DNA of 64,000 nucleotides. Origin: a bacterium. Lineage in GTDB: Bacteria; UBA8248. The translations under genes and the position numbers were made by a program. Within the stretch, counting starts at the first letter, position 1; each line of letters opens with the position of its first letter. The notes below the pieces were generated by a model. The model searched no databases, was not told where the DNA came from, and saw nothing but the letters and a program-made list of their open reading frames with translations. The DNA lies in assembly GCA_965200245.1 (NCBI GenBank), contig CBDATS010000004.1:1440001-1504000 (forward strand), written 5' to 3'. Positions 1 to 9,192 of the stretch are shown here, piece by piece.

Positions 1-109
1 CATACCACACCCCCGGTGAACCGTGAGTGCGTGCTTCCCTGTCCGCTCCGTTTAATGGTAATTATGGCGCGGCTTCATTGTTCGACTACTTGCCCACCCC
101 GGAACGTGT

Positions 110-1294
110 ATGAGCACAGGCGCCAACATCTTCATCATCGCGTCGAGTCATTCGGTGAACTCGCTATACAACCGGATTCTAACGCCCATCCTCCCGCTCA
201 TCATGGCGGATTTTGGCCTGAACTACACGCAGACGGGCATTATCGCGTCGGTCTACGCCTTGTCGAGCAGCCTGTTTCAGCTGCCCATCTCGTTTCTGGG
301 CGATTTTACGGGAAAAACCCGGCTCATTCTGGGTCTCTCGCTTCTGTTCAACGCCCTGCCCGCCTGGTTTTACGGCTATTCGACCACCTATGCGGCGCTG
401 CTCTGCTTCGTCTTCCTGAGTGGACTGGGCTGTTCGGCCTATCACCCCGCAGCGGTTTCGATGATTGCCAAGGAAAGCCCCAAAAACCGCGGCCTAGCCA
501 TGGGACTCTTCAAGGCGGGAGGCGATTTCGGCAGCATCCTCACACCCGTGGCCATGAGCTGGCTTACGGTGTATCTCACAAGCTGGCGCGCCGCGGCGCA
601 GTATTTCGTGCTGCCGGGCGTTGCATGCGCCCTGCTCGTCTGGCTACGTTTCCAGGACATGCCCAGCGGACGCAAATCAATGGCGAAAGAGGCAAAATCC
701 ACGTTCGCAGAATTGTTCAGTGACAAGTTCATGATCCTGATGACGCTGCTCTCCTCCTGCAGGGTAATGGGCTTGCGCGGTATCATGACGTTTCTGCCCC
801 TTCTGCTGGCCGAGGGGCTGGGGCTCGGCACCATCGAGGTAGGCTGGGCGATCACCGGCTACTTCCTCGTCGGCACGGTATTCGCTGTCATCTGGGGAAA
901 ATACGCCGACGCGAAGAGCGAGACGCGTATCATTCTCTTCATGATGGCGGCGAGCGCCGTTTCTCTCGCGTTCTTGTCCTTGACCGAATCGATGGTCGTC
1001 TTCTTCGGCCTGCTCGCTCTGCTGGGCGCATGCCTCAACCCCTCCCAGAGTCTCATGCTCACGCTCACCACCGGTGTCGTTCGCGAAAAAAACCGCACGA
1101 GCGCCATCGGCCTCATGTACACGGCGAACGAGGCGGCCTCGGTGATGTCTCCCTTCCTGGGTGGTCTCATCGCCCAGGCGGTGGGCCTCAGGCAATCGTT
1201 TCTCTTCTACGCCCTGCTCTGCCTCATCGCCACGAGCATCGCCTGGCTCATCCACGCAGAGCAGAAAAGGCGAGCGGGCTTGAACACCGCCTGA
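110..1294 (+). CDS. MFS transporter
   Basis: 394 aa with about 12 hydrophobic segments, motif-A-like 'FLGDFTGKTR' and 'WGKYADAKSE', and 'AYHPAA...RGLAMG'. Confidence 0.9.
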   Translation: MSTGANIFIIASSHSVNSLYNRILTPILPLIMADFGLNYTQTGIIASVYALSSSLFQLPISFLGDFTGKTRLILGLSLLFNALPAWFYGYSTTYAALLCFVFLSGLGCSAYHPAAVSMIAKESPKNRGLAMGLFKAGGDFGSILTPVAMSWLTVYLTSWRAAAQYFVLPGVACALLVWLRFQDMPSGRKSMAKEAKSTFAELFSDKFMILMTLLSSCRVMGLRGIMTFLPLLLAEGLGLGTIEVGWAITGYFLVGTVFAVIWGKYADAKSETRIILFMMAASAVSLAFLSLTESMVVFFGLLALLGACLNPSQSLMLTLTTGVVREKNRTSAIGLMYTANEAASVMSPFLGGLIAQAVGLRQSFLFYALLCLIATSIAWLIHAEQKRRAGLNTA

Positions 1295-1298
1295 AATC

Positions 1299-1327
1299 TT
1301 TACACGCAGGCGCTGTTTTACTAAACT
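1299..1327 (+). promoter_or_regulatory. Putative sigma70 promoter for the TauD-family gene
   Basis: TTTACA-N17-TAAACT, with an AGGAG RBS before ATG 1401. Confidence 0.5.
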
Positions 1328-1400
1328 TGTGCATTCAGCCAATCACGTCATCCGGGAGTCTGGCCCGAAATGATAACTTCAAGGATAGGAGTCCACCGAC

Positions 1401-2309
1401 ATGAGCGAGAAAAGCACTCTCGATAGTCTGGAAGTCGTTCCGACGGGAGGCCCGCTGGGCGCCGAGATAAGAGGCATCGACCTGGCGCAGCCCATATCCG
1501 AGGAGGTGAAGCAAGCCCTGCGCGACGCCTGGACGGAACACCTCGTACTCTTGTTCCGCGAACAGGAGATGACCGAGGAACAGCACCTGAACGCCACGCG
1601 CATCTTCGGCGAGGCCGTCGTGCCCGCCGCCAAGGCCTATTACGACAAGGCCGGAAAAGAGCAGACCTGGGCGGCGGAATACCCCGAAATCACTGTCGTC
1701 CACAATCTGGACGACGACGGCAATCCCGTGCAGGAGAACAACAACTTGGGAAGCGGCGAGGTCGTCTGGCACAATGACAACTCCTACGCCGAGAAACCGC
1801 CCGCGGGGAGCATGCTCTTCGGGCGAATGCTGCCGCCATCGGGCGGGAACACATGTTTCAGTAACCAGTACATGGCGTATGAGACCCTGCCAGAAGACGT
1901 GAAGCAAAAAATCGACGGCAGGACCGCCGTTCACGACGCGAGCAGAAACTCCGCCGGCACGCTGAGGCCGGGTGTTAAGCTGCCCACGAAGCCCTCGGAG
2001 GTTCCCGGACCGCACCATCCCCTCGTTTGCACGCACCCCATCTCGGGCAGAAAGGCGCTTTATCTCGGACGCAGGCGAGTCTGGCCCTCGCAGTACATCG
2101 ACGACATGGAAGAGCAGGAGAGCGAGGAACTTCTGGATTTTCTCTGGGAGCACGCCTGCCGCGATGAACTCGTATGGGCACACGTCTGGCGGCTGGGCGA
2201 TGTCCTGCTGTGGGACAACCGCTGCACCATGCACTACCGTGAACCCCACGCGGGCACGCATCCACGCCTTATGCACCGTACCCAGATCGCGGGCGCACAG
2301 CCTGTGTAG
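1401..2309 (+). CDS. TauD/TfdA family Fe(II)/2-oxoglutarate dioxygenase
   Basis: 'LGAEIRGIDL' N-terminus, HxD motif 'WHND', 'GGNTCF', and distal 'WDNRCTMHYR...RLMHR'. Confidence 0.93.
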   Translation: MSEKSTLDSLEVVPTGGPLGAEIRGIDLAQPISEEVKQALRDAWTEHLVLLFREQEMTEEQHLNATRIFGEAVVPAAKAYYDKAGKEQTWAAEYPEITVVHNLDDDGNPVQENNNLGSGEVVWHNDNSYAEKPPAGSMLFGRMLPPSGGNTCFSNQYMAYETLPEDVKQKIDGRTAVHDASRNSAGTLRPGVKLPTKPSEVPGPHHPLVCTHPISGRKALYLGRRRVWPSQYIDDMEEQESEELLDFLWEHACRDELVWAHVWRLGDVLLWDNRCTMHYREPHAGTHPRLMHRTQIAGAQPV

Positions 2310-2512
2310 GGAATGAACGGAGGAGAACACGCAGGCTCATCCCCAATGAAATCCCCGTGTTTTTCGGAGGGTCGGATCTAAGGTCCGTACATGGGTGCCC
2401 CCCAGCATGCGAGCGTTTTCATCGAAGGATTCGACATAAAGCGGTCCTGCTCGATCCTGCGTCCGGTCTCTCGAACGCGGCACTTCCTCCTCGGGCTTGT
2501 ATGAAGACAGGG
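2235..2512 (+). repeat. TauD 3'-end repeat, copy 1 (last ~25 codons, 3' flank and IS110-like end)
   Basis: 2235-2330 aligns without gaps to 6958-7053 (offset 4723); 2292-2512 aligns to 4435-4651. Confidence 0.9.
2391..2512 (-). mobile_element. Isolated remnant of an IS110/IS1111-type right non-coding end
   Basis: Homologous to 4533-4651, which directly follows an IS110 transposase C-terminus; ends 'gctcgcatgctggggggcacccat' on the minus strand. Confidence 0.45.
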
Positions 2513-2568
2513 TTACAGGGTCTAGAGGTGTTGTCCGCGGTGCCGATCCGAGCGGCATGTCGCCTGTC

Positions 2569-3791
2569 CTATGCCGTAACCCTGATTGCTGTCGCATAGG
2601 CAGCGAGGTCCGATGAACTCATCCGGAGCCGTTGCGTCATGTTCTTCCACCCATGCAATGCAGCCGCGACTTCGTCAATGATGGCATTGGCCCGGATTAG
2701 GTCCAGCGCGAAATAGGGTGCAGCGTTGCGGGCAATATCCAGGTCGGCGTCCGGCCCTTCTTCCGATATCCACGTCGTTAGTTCCCGCGCCTTTTCGGTC
2801 AGCGGAACCGGGTTCAGGTCATAGGCCGGCGAAAGGCGCCACTTGTTATCCCGATCATAGAGGAAGCCATGGTTGCGGAGGTGATCGTCGAGATTGCCGA
2901 CCATCACATTGAAGACGATCCGTCTCCACAGTTCATGCAGGTCTTCGGTCGGTGCACTCGAATACATTTTGATGACTTCTGCGATATCCGTGTAAGTCGC
3001 TTCGTCGCCGTCGTTGAGCCCAAGCAGGGTCATGGCGGAAACGAACGGGATTCTTCGGTCTTGATCACGGTCGAAGCGTGTGATCAGAGACACCGGCCGT
3101 CCGGCCACATCCAGCAGTGTTGCCTTGGCAACCTTGATTCCTGCGGCGGCGGCCAATGTCATGGCCAACACTTCGCCACGCGGGATGCTGCGCTCGTCAT
3201 CATTTTTCGGGAACTTGGCGATCGCCAAGCGACCGTCATTGTCGATGACGACCGATTTGGGGCGGGCACCACCGAGTGGCGAACCTTCATAGAGCAGAAA
3301 CTTCAAGTCTTCGGCGGTTTCGGTGTTTGACAGTACCGCATCGACGGCGCTGATTAGCGCCGGCAGCTGGATCAGGGGAGGCACGCGGTAACGGCCGGTT
3401 GTGTGGTCGAAGGTCTCGTCACCTTCCCGGCGGCACCGGAGCGCCCCTATTCTCGTCTGATCGTTGATGGCGAGGAGGTAGTCGATTTCGGACAGGGCGC
3501 GTTGTTCGCTGGCCTTGCGAAAGGCACGTCGTATCAGTTGTTGTCCCCACGGTCCGGGGCAGTGTCGCGCAACGCACCAGGCAATGCCGACTTGTCGGAG
3601 GAGGTGTATGTCCGTTGATGTTCCAGCGGCAGGTTGGCTGGATCCAAGGCGAAAGCATTGGCGCGGCCACGCCATTCGTCGGCATATTCGAAAAGCGAAC
3701 TTTGGCCGTGTCGCTTGGCAATGTAATGGTACTGGCCGACGAAACATGTCTCTCTGTTATTGTCGATGAAAACCTCGATAGTATCGGTCAT
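2569..3791 (-). pseudogene. hipA: HipA-family Ser/Thr kinase toxin, frameshifted near 3550
   Basis: N-terminal ORF 3534-3791 ('...SALPGALRDTAPDR') shifts frame into 'WGQQLIRR...'. C-terminal part has 'GSPLGGARPK', 'NLDDHLRNHGF' and 'LSPAYDL'. One base is missing in 'gaccgtggggacaa'. Confidence 0.88.
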
Positions 3792-4123
3792 GACGGTGTC
3801 CGGATGCCGCGACGTGTTCGCACTCTTTTAGGTAGTCGATCCTCGTCGATGTCCAGTCCGAGGGAATCGTTGCGTCGATCAGCCGCCTGTGCGAGACGGT
3901 CAGCGAGCCCCAAAATGGCCAAGACCGTTGCGTAGATGCCCATCGAGACCGATGGGTCGCCTCTTTCGACCTTGTATAGGGTACCACGGCTGATGAATGC
4001 GCGTTCAGCCATCGAAACTGTCGAGATGCGACGCTTCTTGCGGGCGACCGCGATGTCTGCGCCCAGTTTGGCGAGGGCTTGTCTGGCTGTCTTTGGAAGC
4101 GTATGTATCGCTGATGTTTTCAT
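3788..4123 (-). CDS. HipB-like XRE helix-turn-helix antitoxin
   Basis: 111 aa HTH 'MAERAFISRGTLYKVERGDPSV'; ATGA overlap with hipA. Confidence 0.88.
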   Translation of the reverse strand: MKTSAIHTLPKTARQALAKLGADIAVARKKRRISTVSMAERAFISRGTLYKVERGDPSVSMGIYATVLAILGLADRLAQAADRRNDSLGLDIDEDRLPKRVRTRRGIRTPS

Positions 4124-4126
4124 TTT

Positions 4127-4179
4127 TATGTCTCATATAATTAACAAAAAAACGTTTTATGTTTATTATATAAGACATA
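4127..4179. promoter_or_regulatory. Inverted repeat upstream of hipB, likely autoregulatory operator
   Basis: TATGTCTCATATAA (4127-4140) and TTATATAAGACATA (4166-4179): 14-bp arms with 1 mismatch in an AT-rich region. Confidence 0.6.
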
Positions 4180-4430
4180 TGGGAGGCCAGTCAACAGATT
4201 CCAAACTTGAGCGCAACTGGATGAGGCCTCTCTCTGTATAGTAACAGTGGCCACAGAATCGCCTATGCCGTACCTTCGTTCATTGCTTCCAACATTGCCT
4301 TGTAAGCCGCGACGAGGATGTCGTCGAGTTCCTCCTCCCGTCGGCGCGAGCATTTGCTTCTGGTTGAGGGTAGCCAGCGCATATGCGATGCGCCAAGTGG
4401 GTTTGATGACATCGAGACGTCCGGGCGATA
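4160..4430 (+). repeat. Diverged duplicate block (hipBA upstream region plus C-terminus of an unknown minus-strand gene)
   Basis: Colinear with 6097-6368, e.g. 'agtaacagtggccac', 'gagttcctcctcccgtcgg', 'gcgatgcgccaagtgg'. Confidence 0.88.
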
Positions 4431-4434
4431 CAGT

Positions 4435-4651
4435 GGTGCATAGCCTGTGTAGGGAATGAATAGGGGAAAACACATAGGCTCACTCCCAATGAAATCGCGT
4501 ATTTTTCGGAGGGTCGGATCTAAGGTCCGTACATGGATGTCCCTCAGCATGCAAGCGTTTTCATCGGAGGGTTCGACACAATGCGGTCCAATTCGCTCCT
4601 GCATTTGGCCTCTCGAACGCGGCACTCCCTCGGGCCCGTATGAAGACAGGG
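4435..4651 (+). repeat. TauD 3'-end repeat, copy 2
   Basis: 'agcctgtgtagggaatgaa...tttttcggagggtcggatctaaggtccgtacatgg...tatgaagacaggg' shared with 2292-2512. Confidence 0.9.
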
Positions 4652-4925
4652 GGATCGGTTCCGAATTGCACGATTGAACTTGGCGGTTCTGGACACATGT
4701 CGGACTTTATCTACCTCGTCTTGACGAACTTTTTTCCTTCTACTTCCTCCGGCCTGTTCACATTCCTTCCGGTTCTATCTCCGCGCTTTCCGAGTAGACG
4801 ACTGGCGTCGGTTCCCTGTAGATATCCTTGTTCTTATAATAGTGCCCACGCGATGCGCGGTATGCGATTGGCCAGCGTCGCCGCGACTACTTTTCTCAGC
4901 TTGCGCGCCGGTCGAGCCGGGTAAT
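4533..4925 (-). mobile_element. IS110-family remnant: transposase C-terminus plus ~290 bp right non-coding end
   Basis: Minus strand 4920-4836 reads 'PARPARKLRKVVAATLANRIPRIAWALL', then 'KNKDIYREP' in another frame, matching the IS110 C-terminal 'RKP..VAVALANKMARIAWALL...Y' pattern. Confidence 0.6.
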
Positions 4926-5057
4926 TGAGCGTGGTACGGAGGTAAGGCACGACCCGCTTCCACGTCAGTTTTCAAGATGACGGGTCGCTTTTCCATTGAG
5001 TAGTAAAGTGTTAACCTGATTGCCGGATTTTTGAATAATTGAATCGGAGATACGATC

Positions 5058-5654
5058 ATGCGCGGCCTTTCCCATCGTATCATGGAATATGCCGCAACCC
5101 TTCCAGAAGCCACACCGCTGTGTCCGGCTGCCCTGTCGCACCTTGGCAATCGCACAGCTGTCGCTCACGCCTTGTCCCGCCTTGCCCATTCGGGCTGGAT
5201 CATGCGGATATGCCGGGGCGTTTACATGCGCCCTATTGAGACCCGTTTTGGTTTTCAGGCACCCCGGGTCGGCAAGGCGCTGGCAGCGTTGTCCAACTTG
5301 TGGGGCGAGACCATCGTGCCCTGTGGCGGCGCAGTAGACAATTTTCTGGGTCTGATCAAGCAGAATCCCGTTCGCGTCGTCTATCTCACCTCCGGCCCCG
5401 ACCGGCGACTGCGCTTCGGCGAGCATACCGTCCAGTTGCGCCATGCCCCAAATTGGCAACTGGCCGCCCCGCATCGCAAGGCGGGGGATGTCATCCGCGC
5501 CTTGGCATGGCTCGGCCCGGAGGAAGTCGATGACAGCCTTGAGGCGACACTGCCCACGCTTTCCGAGGAGGATCGGGACGAGCTATCTGCCGCGCGCTCT
5601 GTCATGCCCAACTGGATGTCGGAACCGGTGAACACACATCTTGCACATGCATGA
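5058..5654 (+). CDS. AbiEi-like (DUF6088-type) type IV antitoxin
   Basis: 198 aa with winged-HTH-like 'AVAHALSRLAHSGWIMRICRGVY' and 'VYLTSGPDRRL'; overlaps the downstream AbiEii gene. Confidence 0.82.
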   Translation: MRGLSHRIMEYAATLPEATPLCPAALSHLGNRTAVAHALSRLAHSGWIMRICRGVYMRPIETRFGFQAPRVGKALAALSNLWGETIVPCGGAVDNFLGLIKQNPVRVVYLTSGPDRRLRFGEHTVQLRHAPNWQLAAPHRKAGDVIRALAWLGPEEVDDSLEATLPTLSEEDRDELSAARSVMPNWMSEPVNTHLAHA

Positions 5655-5976
5655 GACCCGCTACGAGACTCTAACGGCTGCAGACAGGCGCGACGTGCTG
5701 GAAGCAGCCGAGCGCAACAGCAACTACAAGGCGCATCTTCTGGAAAAAGACATCTGGATCGTCGCTACACTGCGGGTCATTTTCAAGGTTCCGTTCGCCG
5801 GACATCTGACTTTCAAGGGAGGCGCGTCACTCTCGAAGGCGTGGCGCGTAATCCGCCGTTTTTCGGAAGACATCGACATCACATATGATATCCGCGCCTT
5901 TACGCCAGATCTGGTTTCCGGGACTGGCGAAAAAGCGCTTCCGCCGACGCGCGGTCAGGAGAAACGCTGGATGTAG
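5647..5976 (+). pseudogene. AbiEii nucleotidyltransferase toxin, 3'-truncated
   Basis: 'LLEKD', 'FKGGASLSK' and 'RRFSEDID' motifs; ends at ~110 aa directly against a hipA fragment. Confidence 0.85.
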
Positions 5977-6083
5977 GCCATTCGTCGGCGTATTCGAAGA
6001 GCGAATTTTAGCCGTGTCGCTTGGCGATGTAACGGTACCGACCGACGAAACATGTCTCTGTGTTATCGTCGATAAAGACCTTA
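5977..6083 (-). pseudogene. Second hipA, 5' fragment only (hipB copy deleted)
   Basis: Aligns to 3671-3780 ('gccattcgtcggc...gccgtgtcgcttggc...ccgacgaaacatgtctct') and is fused to the promoter copy at ~6097. Confidence 0.85.
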
Positions 6084-6096
6084 ATAGGCATTAATA

Positions 6097-6368
6097 TTTA
6101 TTATATAAGACATATAGGGGATTAGCCAACAGGTTCTGGGCTTGATCGCGACTGGATAAGGCCTCTCCTTGGAGAGTAACAGTGGCCACGGAATCGCTTA
6201 TGCTACACCTTCGTTCATCGCCTCCAACATTGCCATGTGAGCCGCGGCGACGATGTCGCCGAGTTCCTCCTCCCGTCGGGCGCGTGCATTTGCTTCTGGT
6301 TGAAGGTAGCTAGCACATAGGCGATGCGCCAAGTGGATTCGATGACCCCGAGATGTCCGGGCGATACC
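6097..6368 (+). repeat. Second copy of block 4160-4430
   Basis: Colinear alignment including the operator half-site 'ttattatataagacatat'. Confidence 0.88.
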
Positions 6369-6834
6369 GCGGCCCGTGGGAGGCTCGCCCAACCTCTCCT
6401 CTGCGAGAACGATCGCACCGATGTGGACCAGTTCGTTGATCGGAATGCTTTGTGGTAGCTCGTTCGACCAGTTTCCATTCGAAATCGGAGAAGTAGATCG
6501 AATGTGATTGACGCGCATCGTTCCGGTTTTCAACTGACTTGCTCCCGGTTTTGGGACTATTGCGATTATTTCCGGTATCCTTCTTGCTCTCTCTAGGTCG
6601 ATTTGCAAGCCGATTTTGGCCATTTCCGCGCGCGATATAGGGTATAGATGCCCGCTTCTGGCCGAAAAGCGCCTAATGGGGTTTGTCAAGACCGCAGCGT
6701 GCGGCACGCTGCGACCGGCCTCGAAGACCTGAAACGCCATCGCGCGGAAATTGCTGATATTGGAAGCAGACGTAGGATGCCTAGCCGCGCTCGTCACGGA
6801 CGATCACTTCGGCGCGGTTGGGGCACAGTGCTCG

Positions 6835-6957
6835 CGTGATAGGCTACTACGTGTCGCGCCTAGGCAGGTCTGAACAAGGCTGTTCCAAGGGAAGCGGTGG
6901 ACATCGTATTCGACCAAATCGTCGAGGCCTTGGCGATTAGCGAGGAAGCGCGGATAT
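6835..6957 (+). pseudogene. Possible HU/IHF-family DNA-binding protein fragment
   Basis: Across a frameshift it reads 'AGLNKAV..EAVDIVFDQIVEALAISEEARI', resembling HU helix 2 just before the GFG motif; cut by the TauD repeat. Confidence 0.45.
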
Positions 6958-7053
6958 TACCGCAAACCCCACGCAGGCACGCATCTGCGTCTAATGCACC
7001 GCACCTAGCTCGCGGGCGCACAGCCTGTGTAGAGAATAAATGGGGGAGAACAC
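6958..7053 (+). repeat. TauD 3'-end repeat, copy 3 (displaced gene tail)
   Basis: Translates 'YRKPHAGTHLRLMHRT*LAGAQPV*' versus TauD 'YREPHAGTHPRLMHRTQIAGAQPV*'. Confidence 0.9.
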
Positions 7054-7782
7054 AAATAATCCCTCCATATACTCGAACAGGTACTGAGTCTGCCAGTCGT
7101 AGCGAACCATGCGGTTATAGCGTTCGATGGAGACGTTGCGCTGCGGCTTGCCTAGCGGGATGGAATCGATTCCTTTTGCCCTTCCGCCTAGGACGTCAGA
7201 GTGGTACGGGTGTATATTCTGGGTCGTTGTCACAGCGTACGCCTAGGACTTGTTACACCACTCAATGACCTGTTGAAGTGCGTGTATAACGCGCCGGACA
7301 GGCAGGGAGTCATTCTTTTCAATACCCCGCTTTTTGTAGTCGTCGATCACGTTGAAGAACCAGCAGGACCGACCATCCACTAGGCTGCCTTACATGAAGT
7401 CCATTGACCAAGTTTCTGGAGAGATTCCGACACCGTCCATGGTTCTGTCCTCTCGTGCACTAGGCGCCTGTTCGGTTAGGTTCCATTTTGGTTCATGATA
7501 GATACGATACACGAACTTATGATTCCACACGTCCCCTTTTCATGTTGCGCAGATACAGAAAACACAGACCAACTCGTCCCCGTTGGGCGGATGGTGTGTC
7601 AGGCGGAATAGCCTGTCTGCTATCTTCTCTTTTCTTCGGACAGCTTCGACTGATATTGACAGCATATATTACTGATGCCAAAGGCCTCGCAGATCAAGTG
7701 GATGCTCCGTCCTTACCAGCTACAAGTTTCCTGACTATCTCGCGACAGGAAGATGGACTTATCACTTGCCCGCATGGTTCTC
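7054..7782 (-). mobile_element. IS3-family orfB (DDE transposase) remnant, degraded and 3'-truncated
   Basis: Fragments 'GLCFLYLRN', 'WSMDFM*GSLVDGRS..FNVIDDY', 'SLPVRRVIHALQQVIEW' and 'GKPQRNVSIERYNRMVRYDW..QYLFE'. Confidence 0.85.
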
Positions 7783-8888
7783 CTAACCTGAAGTTCCCCG
7801 ATGATTTTGTGTTGATTTTGGGTTCAGGCGATTGATTTCATGGGGAATATTGTGGGTGGAAACAGAAATACTGTTCCCATGTACATCGAAACCGTCCTCA
7901 ACCGGAATTCACCGCCTGCCATCCTGCTGCGCGAAGGATGGCGTGAGGGCGGGAAAGTCAGGGAACGCACGCTGGCCAACCTCTCGAAATGGCCCAAAAG
8001 CAAAATCGACACCCTGCGCCGTCTGCTGCGGAACGAACCCCTTGGCCGGTCGCGACGATGCCTTCGAAATCGTGTGTTCCCGACCCCACGGCCATATCGC
8101 CGCAGTGCCCGGCACACTGCGGAAGCCGGGTCTGAAAGCGGATCGAACGGAGCCTGGCCCGGCGGCATCCCGAAGAAGGCGCCCTGGTGCCCTGCGACCT
8201 GACCCCGATCTGCGTGGAAGGACACCACTGCCCGCTGGCGAAGCGCAGGTATTCGCGCGATGGCAGGAAGGGCAGGCTGCCGAATCCGGGTTGCCGTGCG
8301 ACCGGGACGGCTGCCCCGTGGCGCTGTCCCTGTTCGACGGGAAGGACCTCGTGGAGGTCCACAGCGACGCGTACCCCGGCGAACGGCTGATGGTCTGCCG
8401 CAATCCGCTGCTGGCCGGGGAGCGTGCGCGCAGGCGGGAGACCCTGCCGGAAGCTACGGAGAAACTGCCGGAACCCATCGCTGCGGCGACGCGGCGGGAG
8501 AAGCGGCGCCTGAGGGGAAAGACAGGATCGGCGCGCGGGTGGGCAGGGTCATCGGCAGGTACAGGGTGGCCAGACACTTCGCGTGGCGGGTCGACGCCGG
8601 GGGCCGGTTCCACTACCGGCGCAGACGCACCGACGGGGGCTGGCCTGTGCACAGCTTCCGCACCCTGCTCGCCGACCCTGCCACCATCACCCGCAACCGG
8701 GTCATGTCTCGCATGGCCGGAACCGAACCGTTCGAGGTCCTCACCCGGCCTGCCGGCCTGCAGGACGAAGCCTTCCGTCTGCCCGGCGTGTCGTTGTAAT
8801 CCTGTCCCCGGTAACGAACTCCTGATTCACCGAAACAATCAGTATAATCAATGGGATAATCCGTGATAGCCGGGGAGCTTCAGACTAG
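7783..8888 (+). mobile_element. IS1634-family element, internally deleted and non-autonomous, with terminal inverted repeats
   Basis: IRs CTAACCTGAAGTTCCCCG (7783-7800) and CGGGGAGCTTCAGACTAG (8871-8888), 15/18 match. Transposase pieces 'MYIETVLNRNSPPAILLREGWREGGKVRERTLANLS', 'YPGERLMVCRNP' and 'PVHSFRTLL' lie in different frames. Confidence 0.85.
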
Positions 8889-9192
8889 TGGACCTTTGAT
8901 TTCAGCCGCTCCTCGGCGCACATTTTTTCAGGTGAGGATTTTCCTCTTCGAATTCTTTTTCTGGCGGCCATCATCAAGGCACCTGTGTCGCCAAACTTCG
9001 CTTGCCACCTCTAGAAGGGTACGCTGCGCATGCCATGCACCATCGTTCGGGGACCGGCGTGCTGGCCTCCGTCTGTTTTATAATGCCAATGACTCGGTGG
9101 CCGGAGTAAACGGACTTCTTCATGTGGAACCATCTTGCAACACACCATGAGAAAATTCTATTTCTGAATACCATTGTTTCCGGGGAGATTAT
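8889..9192 (-). mobile_element. IS3-family orfA remnant and left end
   Basis: ATG 9123 'MKKSVYSGHRVIGIIKQTEASTPVPE' and 'KELEEENPHLKKMCAEERLKSK'; end sequence 'taatctccccggaaacaatgg' abuts the CRISPR repeat. Confidence 0.8.

Noticed and set aside
2292-7053. The three tauD-end repeats as integron attC sites or a CRISPR-like array
   Set aside because: They derive from coding sequence, are kilobases apart, and show no RYYYAAC/GTTRRRY ends or adjacent intI.
7832-8866. 344-aa ORF as an intact transposase
   Set aside because: It only passes through IS1634 fragments in changing frames; much of the catalytic region is deleted.
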